64,000 nucleotides of DNA from a virus: positions 35,006-99,005 of IMG/VR virus record IMGVR_UViG_3300007540_000013; one strand, given 5' to 3'. The notes under the pieces were generated by a model. It did not search any database. It saw only the letters and a list, made by a program, of their open reading frames with translations, and was not told where the DNA came from. The translations under genes were made by a program, and so were the position numbers. Shown here in pieces: positions 36,693-45,775 of the stretch (the first letter of the stretch is position 1; each line of letters begins with the position of its first letter).

Positions 36693-38573
36693 ATGGCTGA
36701 TACTTCCTTATTTGGTAGATTACAGAGATTATTTTCTACCGACGTAGTAATTCGAAACGTCGGCGGAAATCAGCTAAAGGTAGCTGACGTTAATCATATT
36801 CAGAGTACAGGTAGATACGAAACCAACTCTCTGGTAGATAGATTCTCAAGACTATACCTATATAATAATAAGAATATATTTAATCCTAACCTGAATTATC
36901 AGACGTTAAGGATTCAATTATACTCTGATTACGAAGCAATGGATACAGATCCTATTATAGCTTCAGCACTAGACATCTTAGCCGACGAATCATGTCTAAA
37001 GAATGATATGGGGGATATACTTACTATCAAATCTTCTGACGAAAACGTTAAAAAGATCCTTCATAACTTATTTTACGATGTATTAAACCTTGAGTTTAAC
37101 TTATGGTCATGGACTCGTAATATGTGTAAGTACGGTGACTTCTTCTTGAAGTTAGAAGTAGCAGAGGAGTTCGGTGTATACAACGTACTACCGTACACAG
37201 TATATAGTATGGTAAGACATGAGAGTCAAGATCCCGACGAACCGGCTAAGGTGCAGTTTACCATCGACCCAGACGGTATCGCTTCATCAGCAGATCCAAA
37301 CTACCTACCAAGACATAAAGATAAAGTTATTAAATTAGATAACTACGAAGTTGCACACTTCAGGTTATTATCAGATACAAACTACCTACCCTACGGACGT
37401 TCTTATTTAGAGCCTGCTAGAAAGATTTTTAAGCAGTTGACTTTGATGGAAGATGCGATGTTGATTCACCGTATCATGAGAGCTCCTGAGAAGAGAGTAT
37501 TCTATGTTAACGTAGGACAGATCCCACCTAATGAAGTTGAGCAGTTTATGCAAAAAACTATCAACGGGATGAAGAAGACTCCTTATATTGATCAAGAAAC
37601 AGGTCAATATAACTTGAAGTTCAACATGCAGAACATGATGGAGGACTTTTTTATCCCAGTTAGAGGTGGAGATGCTACAACAAGAATCGATACAACTAAA
37701 GGATTAGATTACGACGGCACCAATGACGTTGAGTACTTAAGAGATAAAATGTTTGCTGCATTAAAGGTACCTAAAGCATACTTCGGTTACGAAGGTGACT
37801 TACAAGGTAAAGCTACTTTAGCAGCAGAAGATATTAGATTCGCAAGAACTATCGAACGTATTCAGAGAATCGTCGAATCTGAATTGACTAAGATTGCTTT
37901 AGTACACTTGTACGTTCAAGGGTACAAAGGAGAAGGATTAACAAACTTTGAACTTAAACTTACTACTCCATCTGTTATATACGAACAAGAAAAGGTTGCT
38001 CTATTAAAAGAGAAAATGGACCTAGCTTCACAGATGGTAGAGAGTAAAATGTTCTCTACAGATTATATTTACGAAAACATCTTTAACTTATCTGAAGACC
38101 AGTTTAATGAACAAAGAGACTTAGTTAGAGAGGACAGTAAAAGAGGATTTAGAATCGCTCAGATTGAAAACGAAGGAAACGACCCAGCTAAATCTGGAGT
38201 TACTTACGGTACACCTCACGACCTTGCTTCAATGTACGGTAGAAGAGGAATGGATACACCTAAGATGCCTGTTGGATATGATGAGACAAATCCTGAAGGA
38301 AGACCTCAGATTCACGCCTCTACTTACGGTACTCAAGACAGTCCATTCGGTAGAGATAGACTAGGTACTCATGACATGCACGGCGGCTACGATAATGAAG
38401 AAGACGGTGAAATTACAGTTACCGAAGAATCACAAGTTGACAATTACAATACTAAGTCAGTGTTCTACCAAAACAGGAATCTTTTCGAACCAAAGAAGAA
38501 ATTAATCTTTGAAGAAAAGAAAGAAGAAGAGTCTGGACTGCTTGATGAAAGCAATATTAAAGATTTAGGGTAG
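36693..38573 (+). CDS. gp20: Portal protein (T4 gp20-like)
   Basis: YGRSYLEPARK..KQL.LMEDAMLIHRIMRAPEKRVFY, EDFFIPVRG. Confidence 0.97.
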   Translation: MADTSLFGRLQRLFSTDVVIRNVGGNQLKVADVNHIQSTGRYETNSLVDRFSRLYLYNNKNIFNPNLNYQTLRIQLYSDYEAMDTDPIIASALDILADESCLKNDMGDILTIKSSDENVKKILHNLFYDVLNLEFNLWSWTRNMCKYGDFFLKLEVAEEFGVYNVLPYTVYSMVRHESQDPDEPAKVQFTIDPDGIASSADPNYLPRHKDKVIKLDNYEVAHFRLLSDTNYLPYGRSYLEPARKIFKQLTLMEDAMLIHRIMRAPEKRVFYVNVGQIPPNEVEQFMQKTINGMKKTPYIDQETGQYNLKFNMQNMMEDFFIPVRGGDATTRIDTTKGLDYDGTNDVEYLRDKMFAALKVPKAYFGYEGDLQGKATLAAEDIRFARTIERIQRIVESELTKIALVHLYVQGYKGEGLTNFELKLTTPSVIYEQEKVALLKEKMDLASQMVESKMFSTDYIYENIFNLSEDQFNEQRDLVREDSKRGFRIAQIENEGNDPAKSGVTYGTPHDLASMYGRRGMDTPKMPVGYDETNPEGRPQIHASTYGTQDSPFGRDRLGTHDMHGGYDNEEDGEITVTEESQVDNYNTKSVFYQNRNLFEPKKKLIFEEKKEEESGLLDESNIKDLG

Positions 38574-38607
38574 TAGCATATATTTATATTAGTAGAATAG
38601 TATACTC

Positions 38608-39459
38608 ATGAGAATTAAACATTCAAAGTACAAGAATACTGGATTAATCTTTGAACTGTTAGTAAAGCAGATCGCAGCAGATACCCTATCCCGTCAAGAC
38701 TCACCAGCGGTAAAGGTGTTGAAGAAGTTCTATACCGGTAAATCATCATTAGTTAGAGAATTCAGACTCTACGAATATATCCTAAAAAATAAAGGAGTAT
38801 CCCAAATGAAAGGAGAGACTATTCTCTCTACTATCACCGAGGTATCTCTTAAGATTGATAGAACTGCTATTAAAAAGCAGAAGTATGAACTCATCGCAGA
38901 GATTAAGAATAGTTACGATCTAGATGAGTTCTTCTCTATGAAGGTAAGAGATTATAAGCCATTAGCAGCTCTATACTGTTTAATGGAAGCTCAAAACACC
39001 GATCTAGTAGATCCTCAATTCATCATAGATAATAAGACTACCTTATTAGAGCATTTAACTGATGCTAAGCAAGATGAAGCTGATGTTAAAGGTGCTTTAG
39101 TAGAAGAGTACTCTAAGTATGATAAGGACTTAAGATTACTTACATATAAGATCCTATTAGAGAAATTCAACGGAGCTTATGATAACTTACTACCAGAGCA
39201 AAAAACAATCCTAAGAGAGTTTATAAACGCTTCAGAATCTCAAGTAAAACTTAGAACACTTATTAACGAGGAGTTAGGAAAGATCTCAACTGCTGTTAAT
39301 GAGTTAAAGGAAAAAGTATCTGATGATATCGCTAAGATTAAGTTAGATGAAGTAGCTAAGACTATCACTCCTATCTCAAATAAGACTAAGGTAGTTGATA
39401 ACCATATTATTAACTTGTTACAGTACTACGAATTAGTAGACGAGCTAAGAAACTTATGA
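38608..39459 (+). CDS. Head-module hypothetical protein
   Basis: Between portal and protease; late promoter at 38581. Confidence 0.75.
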   Translation: MRIKHSKYKNTGLIFELLVKQIAADTLSRQDSPAVKVLKKFYTGKSSLVREFRLYEYILKNKGVSQMKGETILSTITEVSLKIDRTAIKKQKYELIAEIKNSYDLDEFFSMKVRDYKPLAALYCLMEAQNTDLVDPQFIIDNKTTLLEHLTDAKQDEADVKGALVEEYSKYDKDLRLLTYKILLEKFNGAYDNLLPEQKTILREFINASESQVKLRTLINEELGKISTAVNELKEKVSDDIAKIKLDEVAKTITPISNKTKVVDNHIINLLQYYELVDELRNL

Positions 39460-39695
39460 AAGAGGAGTTAGCAGAGATTCTAAGAGAGTACATTATAGAG
39501 GTTCTCGCTGAAACTAGTGCAACAGGTACTGGAGCGAGTTTTACCCCCGGCACTGGTGCTCAATACGCCACACCAGCAGCTTTTTCAAAAGACGGAAGAG
39601 ATAATAGAGCAGTCCAATTCTTAAAGAAAATGGGCTTTAAAAAAGTAGAACGACCAAACAGACCATCAAGCACTAAATTAGTAGACTACAGATGA
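39456..39695 (+). CDS. Small head-module protein
   Basis: EVLAE leader; YATPAAF motif. Confidence 0.7.
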   Translation: MKEELAEILREYIIEVLAETSATGTGASFTPGTGAQYATPAAFSKDGRDNRAVQFLKKMGFKKVERPNRPSSTKLVDYR

Positions 39696-40801
39696 GAACA
39701 TTACAAGAAAAATATAACGCAGTATTAGAAGGAAACTTTTCTAAGACTCAATTCAGAAGAGATGCAGCTATTGAGGTGCCTCAATTTGTATCTACTGTAA
39801 ATAGCTTTGACGATACGGTAGCTATCCTTAAGAACAAAGGAGCTATTACTGAAGCTAAAGCACAAGAGCCTAAATACTCAACAGCATCTCCTGAAGATAC
39901 TATTGCTCCTGATGTACTGGATACAGGTATCAAGTTTGAACTTGATAAGAAGTACGGTACGTTAGACGTTACTCCTGAGCAATACGCTAAGTGTAGAGAA
40001 ATGGCTATTAAGAACCTAGCTAAAGACGTTTTATATTACGTTAAGCAAGATAGCGAGCAATTAGAAGCTCCGGGAGAGAAAATGGAGAAAGTTACTTTAA
40101 AAGAAGTAAAAGTAAAAGTAGCTATTCCTGGTCAAGACGAGTTTGAAGCAGAAGAAGGTAAAAACTATTCAGAAGAAGAAGCTGATAAGTATATTGCAAA
40201 TGCTAAAAAATCTGGAGCTACTCCAATGAATACTACGTTTACAAAAGTAAACGAAGAAGAAGTTGAAGAAGCTATTCAGAATATCGAAAACGACGAATAC
40301 ACTGTAAAGAGAATCGCTAAGCTAACCAATCAATTACTTCAAGATGCAGATCCTAGAGATGAAGTAGCTAAAGCATATGCTATCTCAGTTAAGAATGATT
40401 TAGAATCTGGAGATGCTTCAAGATTAAAAAGATATAAAGACCTTTTATCTATAGACGATCTTAAAGCTGATATGGAGCATTACTTATCTCACGATGTAGA
40501 TCAGTTAGACGAAGGTGAAGTTGTAGATTTACCGATGACTGCAGCAGGTTATAGTAGAGGCGAGACTTACGATACTGAAAAGTACGGTAAGGTAAAGATC
40601 ATCGATCAGTTAGACGGTGATGATATCCCAGCAGCTTACGGAAGATTTAGAGTTGAGAAGATCAACGAAGAGGATAAAGATAAGCCATCTTTCTACGATT
40701 ACCCAGAAAACAAACATCTCGACGACAGAGACCCAGAAGAAAAAAGAAAAGCTCTCAAAGAGATGTTTAAAAAGATTATCGTTAACCTTATAAACGAATA
40801 A
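39692..40801 (+). CDS. Acidic head-module protein
   Basis: Several (I/L/V)xE boundaries; C-terminal KKIIVNLINE. Confidence 0.75.
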   Translation: MRTLQEKYNAVLEGNFSKTQFRRDAAIEVPQFVSTVNSFDDTVAILKNKGAITEAKAQEPKYSTASPEDTIAPDVLDTGIKFELDKKYGTLDVTPEQYAKCREMAIKNLAKDVLYYVKQDSEQLEAPGEKMEKVTLKEVKVKVAIPGQDEFEAEEGKNYSEEEADKYIANAKKSGATPMNTTFTKVNEEEVEEAIQNIENDEYTVKRIAKLTNQLLQDADPRDEVAKAYAISVKNDLESGDASRLKRYKDLLSIDDLKADMEHYLSHDVDQLDEGEVVDLPMTAAGYSRGETYDTEKYGKVKIIDQLDGDDIPAAYGRFRVEKINEEDKDKPSFYDYPENKHLDDRDPEEKRKALKEMFKKIIVNLINE

Positions 40802-40803
40802 TT

Positions 40804-41382
40804 ATGAGCAACGTATTAGTAGAATATACTCCATTTAGGCCTACGATCACTGAATCGAAGACTAAGCCTGGTGTATTCGAAGTTACCGGTGTAATGCAAA
40901 GAGCTGGTGCTAAGAATCAAAACGGTAGAGTATACGACAAACAAGTTCTTTTAAGGGAAGTTAATAACTACATGGAAAACTTTGTTAAGCTAGGTAACGC
41001 CTACGGTGAATTAGATCACCCAGAGTCTGCTATCGTTTCTCTTAAAAATGCCTCTCACGTAGTTAAAGACTTGTGGTGGGACGGTGATGATCTTTGCGGC
41101 AGAGTAGAATTACTAAATACCCCTTCAGGTAATATTGTTAAAGAGATTATTAGAGGAGGTCACACAATCGGTATTTCATCCAGAGGTACAGGTTCAGTTA
41201 AACCTACTAATGAAGGTCATTTAGAAGTACAGGATGATTTTGAATTAGTATGCTGGGATTTCGTATCTAATCCATCTACACATGGAGCATTTATGAATCC
41301 AATATCATTAAATGAGAATACTGCCAAGCAAGGTAGGTATGACAAGTTACACAACATCTTAGGAGATATCCTAAGAGCTTAA
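40804..41382 (+). CDS. gp21: Prohead protease (T4 gp21-like)
   Basis: NQNGRVY, GELDHPE, GISSRGTGS, DFVSNPS. Confidence 0.95.
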   Translation: MSNVLVEYTPFRPTITESKTKPGVFEVTGVMQRAGAKNQNGRVYDKQVLLREVNNYMENFVKLGNAYGELDHPESAIVSLKNASHVVKDLWWDGDDLCGRVELLNTPSGNIVKEIIRGGHTIGISSRGTGSVKPTNEGHLEVQDDFELVCWDFVSNPSTHGAFMNPISLNENTAKQGRYDKLHNILGDILRA

Positions 41383-41396
41383 TTAAATTTAGTTTT

Positions 41397-41567
41397 ATGA
41401 ACACACAAGAATTATTTGAACAGATTGAAAATCTTTACGAAGATTTTAAAGCCGGTCACGAAGGATCAACTAAAGCTGCACACGGTAGAGCAAGAAAAGC
41501 TTTAGGAGAGATTAAAAAACTCGTTACCGAATACAGAAAAATATCTGTAGCTGAAGATAAAGCATAA
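41397..41567 (+). CDS. Histone H1-like (Hc1-type) DNA-binding protein (56 aa); not in ORF track
   Basis: MNTQELFEQIENLYEDFKAGHEGSTKAAHGRARKALGEIKKLVTEYRKISVAEDKA; KAA..RARK..L.E.KK...E.RK.S motif. Confidence 0.75.
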   Translation: MNTQELFEQIENLYEDFKAGHEGSTKAAHGRARKALGEIKKLVTEYRKISVAEDKA

Positions 41568-41612
41568 GCAGTAATGCTTTAAAAGCGCCTGCTACCTTAG
41601 GCAACAATAGAG

Positions 41613-41644
41613 AACCCGTAGACAAGAAAGTTTACGGGTTTTTT
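41613..41644 (+). terminator. Intrinsic terminator
   Basis: AACCCGTAGAC-aagaaa-GTTTACGGGTT-TTTT. Confidence 0.85.
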
Positions 41645-41752
41645 ATTTCTATATGTATTTATATATGAATATATCGTTCGATACGATATTCTATCTAAAA
41701 AAATACTATTACGTCATTAATCAATAGACGTACAGAATTACAAGTTAACATT

Positions 41753-42943
41753 ATGGCTAACAAAGATTTATTCAAGCAAGCAATTGCTGATGCAAAATCT
41801 ATCCGTGAAGCTGCTATCGCTAACGCTAAAGCTGCTTTAGAAGAGTCTATTACTCCTGAGTTGAAAGAACTTTTAGCTCAACGTCTCCAGGAAATGGAAG
41901 AAGAGGTTGAGGAAGAGGTAATCGCTGAAGAGGAAGTTTCTGTTGAAGAAATTATCGAAGAGACTATTGAAGAAGCAGAAGAAGTAATTGACGAAGCTGA
42001 CGAAGAGGAAGCAGAGGATGATTCAGAAGAATCTGAAGACGAAGCTGACGAGGAAGAAGATGCAGAAGGTGAAGAGCCTGCTGGTGATGATGAGATCGCA
42101 GACAGTGATATGACTGTAGATGATCTTAAAGACATGATCCGTGACATTTTATCTCAAGAAATGGGAGACCAAGAAGAGGAAGGTGCTATGGAGGATGACA
42201 TGGAAGCTGACATGGAAGCAGATGATATGGCTGGTGCCGATATGACTGCTGCTGACGATGAGGAAATCAACTTAGAAGAGTTGATGGCTGAATTAGCTGA
42301 CATGGCAAAAGAAGAAGTAATCGCTGAAGAAAATCATATGGAAGAAGAAGATCATATGGAAGAAGGAGATTACGGAATGGAAGAAGAAACGATGGATGAA
42401 GGATTCATGGATATGATGAAAAAGATCTACAACGATCCTGAAGTTCTAGGTAAAGTTATCACTGTTGATGGTAAGAAAATGTCTTTGAAAGACTTCTTAG
42501 CAATGGCAGGAGGTGCTACTGCTGGCTCTATGGCTGGTGGCGGTCAACCAAGCTCAACTAAAACTCCTGGTTCAGGTGTTGCAGAAGCTGACTTAAACGA
42601 AGCTTTAGAGACTATCGTAACTCTTCAAAAAGAACTCAACGAGACTAACTTGTTGAACGCGAAATTGTTGTACGTTAATAAGGTATTCAAAGCAAACACT
42701 TTAAGTGAAGCTCAAAAAGCAAACGTAATTGCTGCTTTTGATAAAGCTGAAACTGTAAAAGAAGTTAAGTTAGTATTTGAGACCGTTAGTGAAAACGTTC
42801 CTTCTGGTAATAAGAAAGAAGTAGTTAGAGAGGTAAAAGGATTTGCTTCTTCTGCTGTAGGAAAATCTGACAAACCAGAGGTAATTACTGAAGCTAACGC
42901 GGCTGTTTTACGTATGCAAAAACTTGCAGGAATTATTAAATAA
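41753..42943 (+). CDS. Prohead scaffold protein (gp22-like)
   Basis: Highly acidic coiled coil directly before the capsid gene; ends RMQKLAGII. Confidence 0.85.
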   Translation: MANKDLFKQAIADAKSIREAAIANAKAALEESITPELKELLAQRLQEMEEEVEEEVIAEEEVSVEEIIEETIEEAEEVIDEADEEEAEDDSEESEDEADEEEDAEGEEPAGDDEIADSDMTVDDLKDMIRDILSQEMGDQEEEGAMEDDMEADMEADDMAGADMTAADDEEINLEELMAELADMAKEEVIAEENHMEEEDHMEEGDYGMEEETMDEGFMDMMKKIYNDPEVLGKVITVDGKKMSLKDFLAMAGGATAGSMAGGGQPSSTKTPGSGVAEADLNEALETIVTLQKELNETNLLNAKLLYVNKVFKANTLSEAQKANVIAAFDKAETVKEVKLVFETVSENVPSGNKKEVVREVKGFASSAVGKSDKPEVITEANAAVLRMQKLAGIIK

Positions 42944-42961
42944 CATTTGAAAAAATTAATC

Positions 42962-44563
42962 ATGGATTTAAACAATCTTTTAAACGAATCAGCACAAGGC
43001 TTTAAGTCTTTACAAGCTGATGCTGCTAGATTGGCTGAAAAGTGGACTGCTACTGGTCTATTAGAAGGTCTTTCAAGTGAGCAAGAAACAAACACTATGG
43101 CTATGATTCTTGAGAATCAAGCTAAAGAATTGATCAAAGAAGCTTCTAGTACTGGTACTGGAGGTTCTTTCTCTGCTGGCCAAGGCGAGCAGTGGGCAGG
43201 CGTAGCTTTGCCATTGGTAAGAAAGGTATTCGCTCAGATCGCTGCTAAAGATTTCGTATCTGTACAGCCTATGAACTTGCCTTCTGGTCTAGTATTCTAT
43301 CTAGACTTTAAGTACGGTACTGCTGCAAACGGTAGAGCCGCTTCAGCTAACATGTACGGTAACGTATCTACAGCTAACGATAAGATGGCTGTTGACGAAG
43401 CTGCATCTGGCGGTCTTTACGGCGCAGGTCAGTTCGGTTACTCTATCAACTCTGCTTCTGTAAACTTAGCTACTGATAACGCTGTATACTCTGCAGGTAC
43501 TTCTGCTTCATTGAACTACCAAGACGGTTTAGCACCTTCTAACTACGGTATCTACACTGTAGATTTCACTGGTTATGAATTTGACACTAAAGGTGTAAGA
43601 GCCTTCAGATTATTATCTGGTTCTGTTGACGTTACTTCTAACCCAGAATTAACTACTGTATCAGGTAACAACGTGAAATTCGTAGTATTAGAATCAGGTG
43701 TTGAAGGCGCTGCTGACATCACTGCAGGTTCTGTTCTTTACCACAAGCAACCAGCTGACAACTCAAGAGGTGACTTCGAAGATGTAAGCGGTATTACTAT
43801 CCCAGAAATCAACGTTGAGTTAGCTTCTGAAGCAATTGTTGCTAAGACTAGAAAGTTAAAAGCACAGTGGACTCCAGAATTCGCACAGGATCTTAACGCT
43901 TACCACAGTGTTGATGCTGAAGCTGAATTGACTTCTATCTTATCTGAGTACATCTCTATGGAGATCGATCTTGAGATCTTAGATATGTTGATTCAAGACG
44001 CAGTAACTACTGAAAGATGGTCTGCTGTATCTAACAAGACTTGGACAGGTACTCCTGCTTCAGGTAACTGGACTACTCCTAGCGTATCTGACGGTGGTTT
44101 CTACAACACTCAAGGTCAGTGGTTCCAGACTCTTGGAACTAAGATCCAGAAAGTGTCTAACAAGATTCACCAAAAAACTCTTAGAGGTGGTGCAAACTTC
44201 ATCGTTTGTTCTCCAGAAGTTGCAACTATCTTGGAAAGCATTCCTGGATACGCTGCTCAAACTGACGGTGACAAAATGGACTTCGCAATGGGTGTACAGA
44301 AAGTAGGTAGCTTGGCTAGCCGCTTTAAAGTATACAAAAACCCTTACATGACTGAAAACGTAATGTTAATGGGTTACAGAGGATCTCAGTTCTTGGAAAC
44401 AGGTGCTGTTTATGCTCCTTACGTTCCATTGATGATGACTCCATTAGTATACGATCCAGCAACCTTCACTCCACGTAAAGGTATCATGACTCGTTACGCT
44501 AAGAAGATGATCCGTCCTGAATTCTACGGTAAGATCTTTATCTCTGACTTAGCTACTATCTAA
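42962..44563 (+). CDS. gp23: Major capsid protein (T4 gp23-like)
   Basis: VSVQPMNLPSGLVFYLDF, AKTRKLKAQWTPEFAQDL.AYH, YAPYVPL, TRYA; ATG at 42962 preferred. Confidence 0.97.
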   Translation: MDLNNLLNESAQGFKSLQADAARLAEKWTATGLLEGLSSEQETNTMAMILENQAKELIKEASSTGTGGSFSAGQGEQWAGVALPLVRKVFAQIAAKDFVSVQPMNLPSGLVFYLDFKYGTAANGRAASANMYGNVSTANDKMAVDEAASGGLYGAGQFGYSINSASVNLATDNAVYSAGTSASLNYQDGLAPSNYGIYTVDFTGYEFDTKGVRAFRLLSGSVDVTSNPELTTVSGNNVKFVVLESGVEGAADITAGSVLYHKQPADNSRGDFEDVSGITIPEINVELASEAIVAKTRKLKAQWTPEFAQDLNAYHSVDAEAELTSILSEYISMEIDLEILDMLIQDAVTTERWSAVSNKTWTGTPASGNWTTPSVSDGGFYNTQGQWFQTLGTKIQKVSNKIHQKTLRGGANFIVCSPEVATILESIPGYAAQTDGDKMDFAMGVQKVGSLASRFKVYKNPYMTENVMLMGYRGSQFLETGAVYAPYVPLMMTPLVYDPATFTPRKGIMTRYAKKMIRPEFYGKIFISDLATI

Positions 44564-44590
44564 TCAGAAATCTTACATAGATTTAATTGA

Positions 44591-44617
44591 GAGGGGCCTT
44601 CGGGCCCCTTTCTTTTT
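44591..44617 (+). terminator. Intrinsic terminator with UUCG tetraloop
   Basis: GAGGGGCC-ttcg-GGCCCCTT-TCTTTTT. Confidence 0.9.
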
Positions 44618-44651
44618 GTACTATTTATAGTAAACGTAAAAGTTATCCCAT

Positions 44652-45338
44652 ATGACTTCAAACCACCACGAAGACTTGGTCTTCAAGGCGAAAAGGAGAC
44701 CAAAAGGTCCTATCAAATTTAAGCTTCAGCTTAATGACGAGCAGAAAGAAGCAAAAGCATTAATTTTAGACAATCCTATCACGGTATTAAAAGGCATGGC
44801 CGGTAGCGGTAAGACGCTAGTAGCTACTCAAGTTGCTTTAGATCTTTTATTTAGGAAAGAAGTAGATAAGGTAATTATCACACGTCCTACAGTAGCTAAA
44901 GAAGACATAGGATTTCTACCAGGAGATATTAGAGAGAAGATGGATCCATGGCTAGCTCCGATCTACCACAACCTCTTTATGTTGTATAATCAAGAAAAGG
45001 TAGAGAAAGAGATAGAGCTAGGTAATATAGAGATTGTACCATTCGCATTTATGAGAGGTAGAACATTTGTAGATGCTTTTGTTATCGTAGACGAAGCTCA
45101 AAACGTTACTCATACTCAAATGGAGACTGTCTTAGGTAGACTGGGGAAAGGAAGTAAGATGGTAGTATGTGGAGACATGGCTCAGATCGATTTAAAAGAT
45201 AAGAGACAGACAGGTTTTTCTTTCTTATCTAGAATAGAAGAGAACGTGAACGGATTCAAAGTATACGCTCTTCAGCAAAATCACAGACACGAGATAGTCT
45301 CACCAATTTTAGAAGTTTATCAAACGTTTAGGGATTAA
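44652..45338 (+). CDS. phoH: PhoH-family ATPase
   Basis: GMAGSGKT, ITRP, IGFLPG, FMRGRTF, DEAQN, GD..Q.D, RH. Confidence 0.95.
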   Translation: MTSNHHEDLVFKAKRRPKGPIKFKLQLNDEQKEAKALILDNPITVLKGMAGSGKTLVATQVALDLLFRKEVDKVIITRPTVAKEDIGFLPGDIREKMDPWLAPIYHNLFMLYNQEKVEKEIELGNIEIVPFAFMRGRTFVDAFVIVDEAQNVTHTQMETVLGRLGKGSKMVVCGDMAQIDLKDKRQTGFSFLSRIEENVNGFKVYALQQNHRHEIVSPILEVYQTFRD

Positions 45339-45373
45339 CAGCTGAGTTACTATTTATATAAAAATGTAATTAC

Positions 45374-45775
45374 ATGGCTGCTGGAAGGTACGATTTCACT
45401 ATAGAACAAGGAGCTACAACGAACTTTGAAGTTCAATATCAAGATAGCAACGAAAATCCGATAGATCTAACCGATTATCAAGGTAGAATGCAAATTCGCC
45501 CTTTAGTTGGGTCTTCTACTATACATTTAACTCTGTCTAGTAGTCTAGGAATATGCGGAACAGGAATCAACATGAGTGGATCCAATGGGACAACACCACC
45601 TACTTCCGGTTCAGTAGGCATTTATATCTCTGCAGCAACTTCTTCAATGTTAGATTGGGACGGTAATGCATACTATGACTTAGAAGTATACTCTGGGAGT
45701 AATGATTGTGAATACGTAGTTAGGTTACTCCAAGGCAAAGTGAGATTGAGTAAAGAAATAACCTTAGCAAGATAA
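45374..45775 (+). CDS. Fibre-attachment/adaptor beta-sandwich protein (BppU-like)
   Basis: IEQGAT..PIDLTDY..MQIR..YYDLEV..RLLQGKV. Confidence 0.6.
   Translation: MAAGRYDFTIEQGATTNFEVQYQDSNENPIDLTDYQGRMQIRPLVGSSTIHLTLSSSLGICGTGINMSGSNGTTPPTSGSVGIYISAATSSMLDWDGNAYYDLEVYSGSNDCEYVVRLLQGKVRLSKEITLAR

Noticed and set aside
42947-42961. TTG starts in the ORF track for the capsid (42947), HD protein (6109) and Zn-finger protein (29047)
   Set aside because: In-frame ATGs at 42962, 6118 and 29095 fit the start context and gene boundaries better
44652-45338. phoH as a novelty
   Set aside because: Common in large aquatic phages
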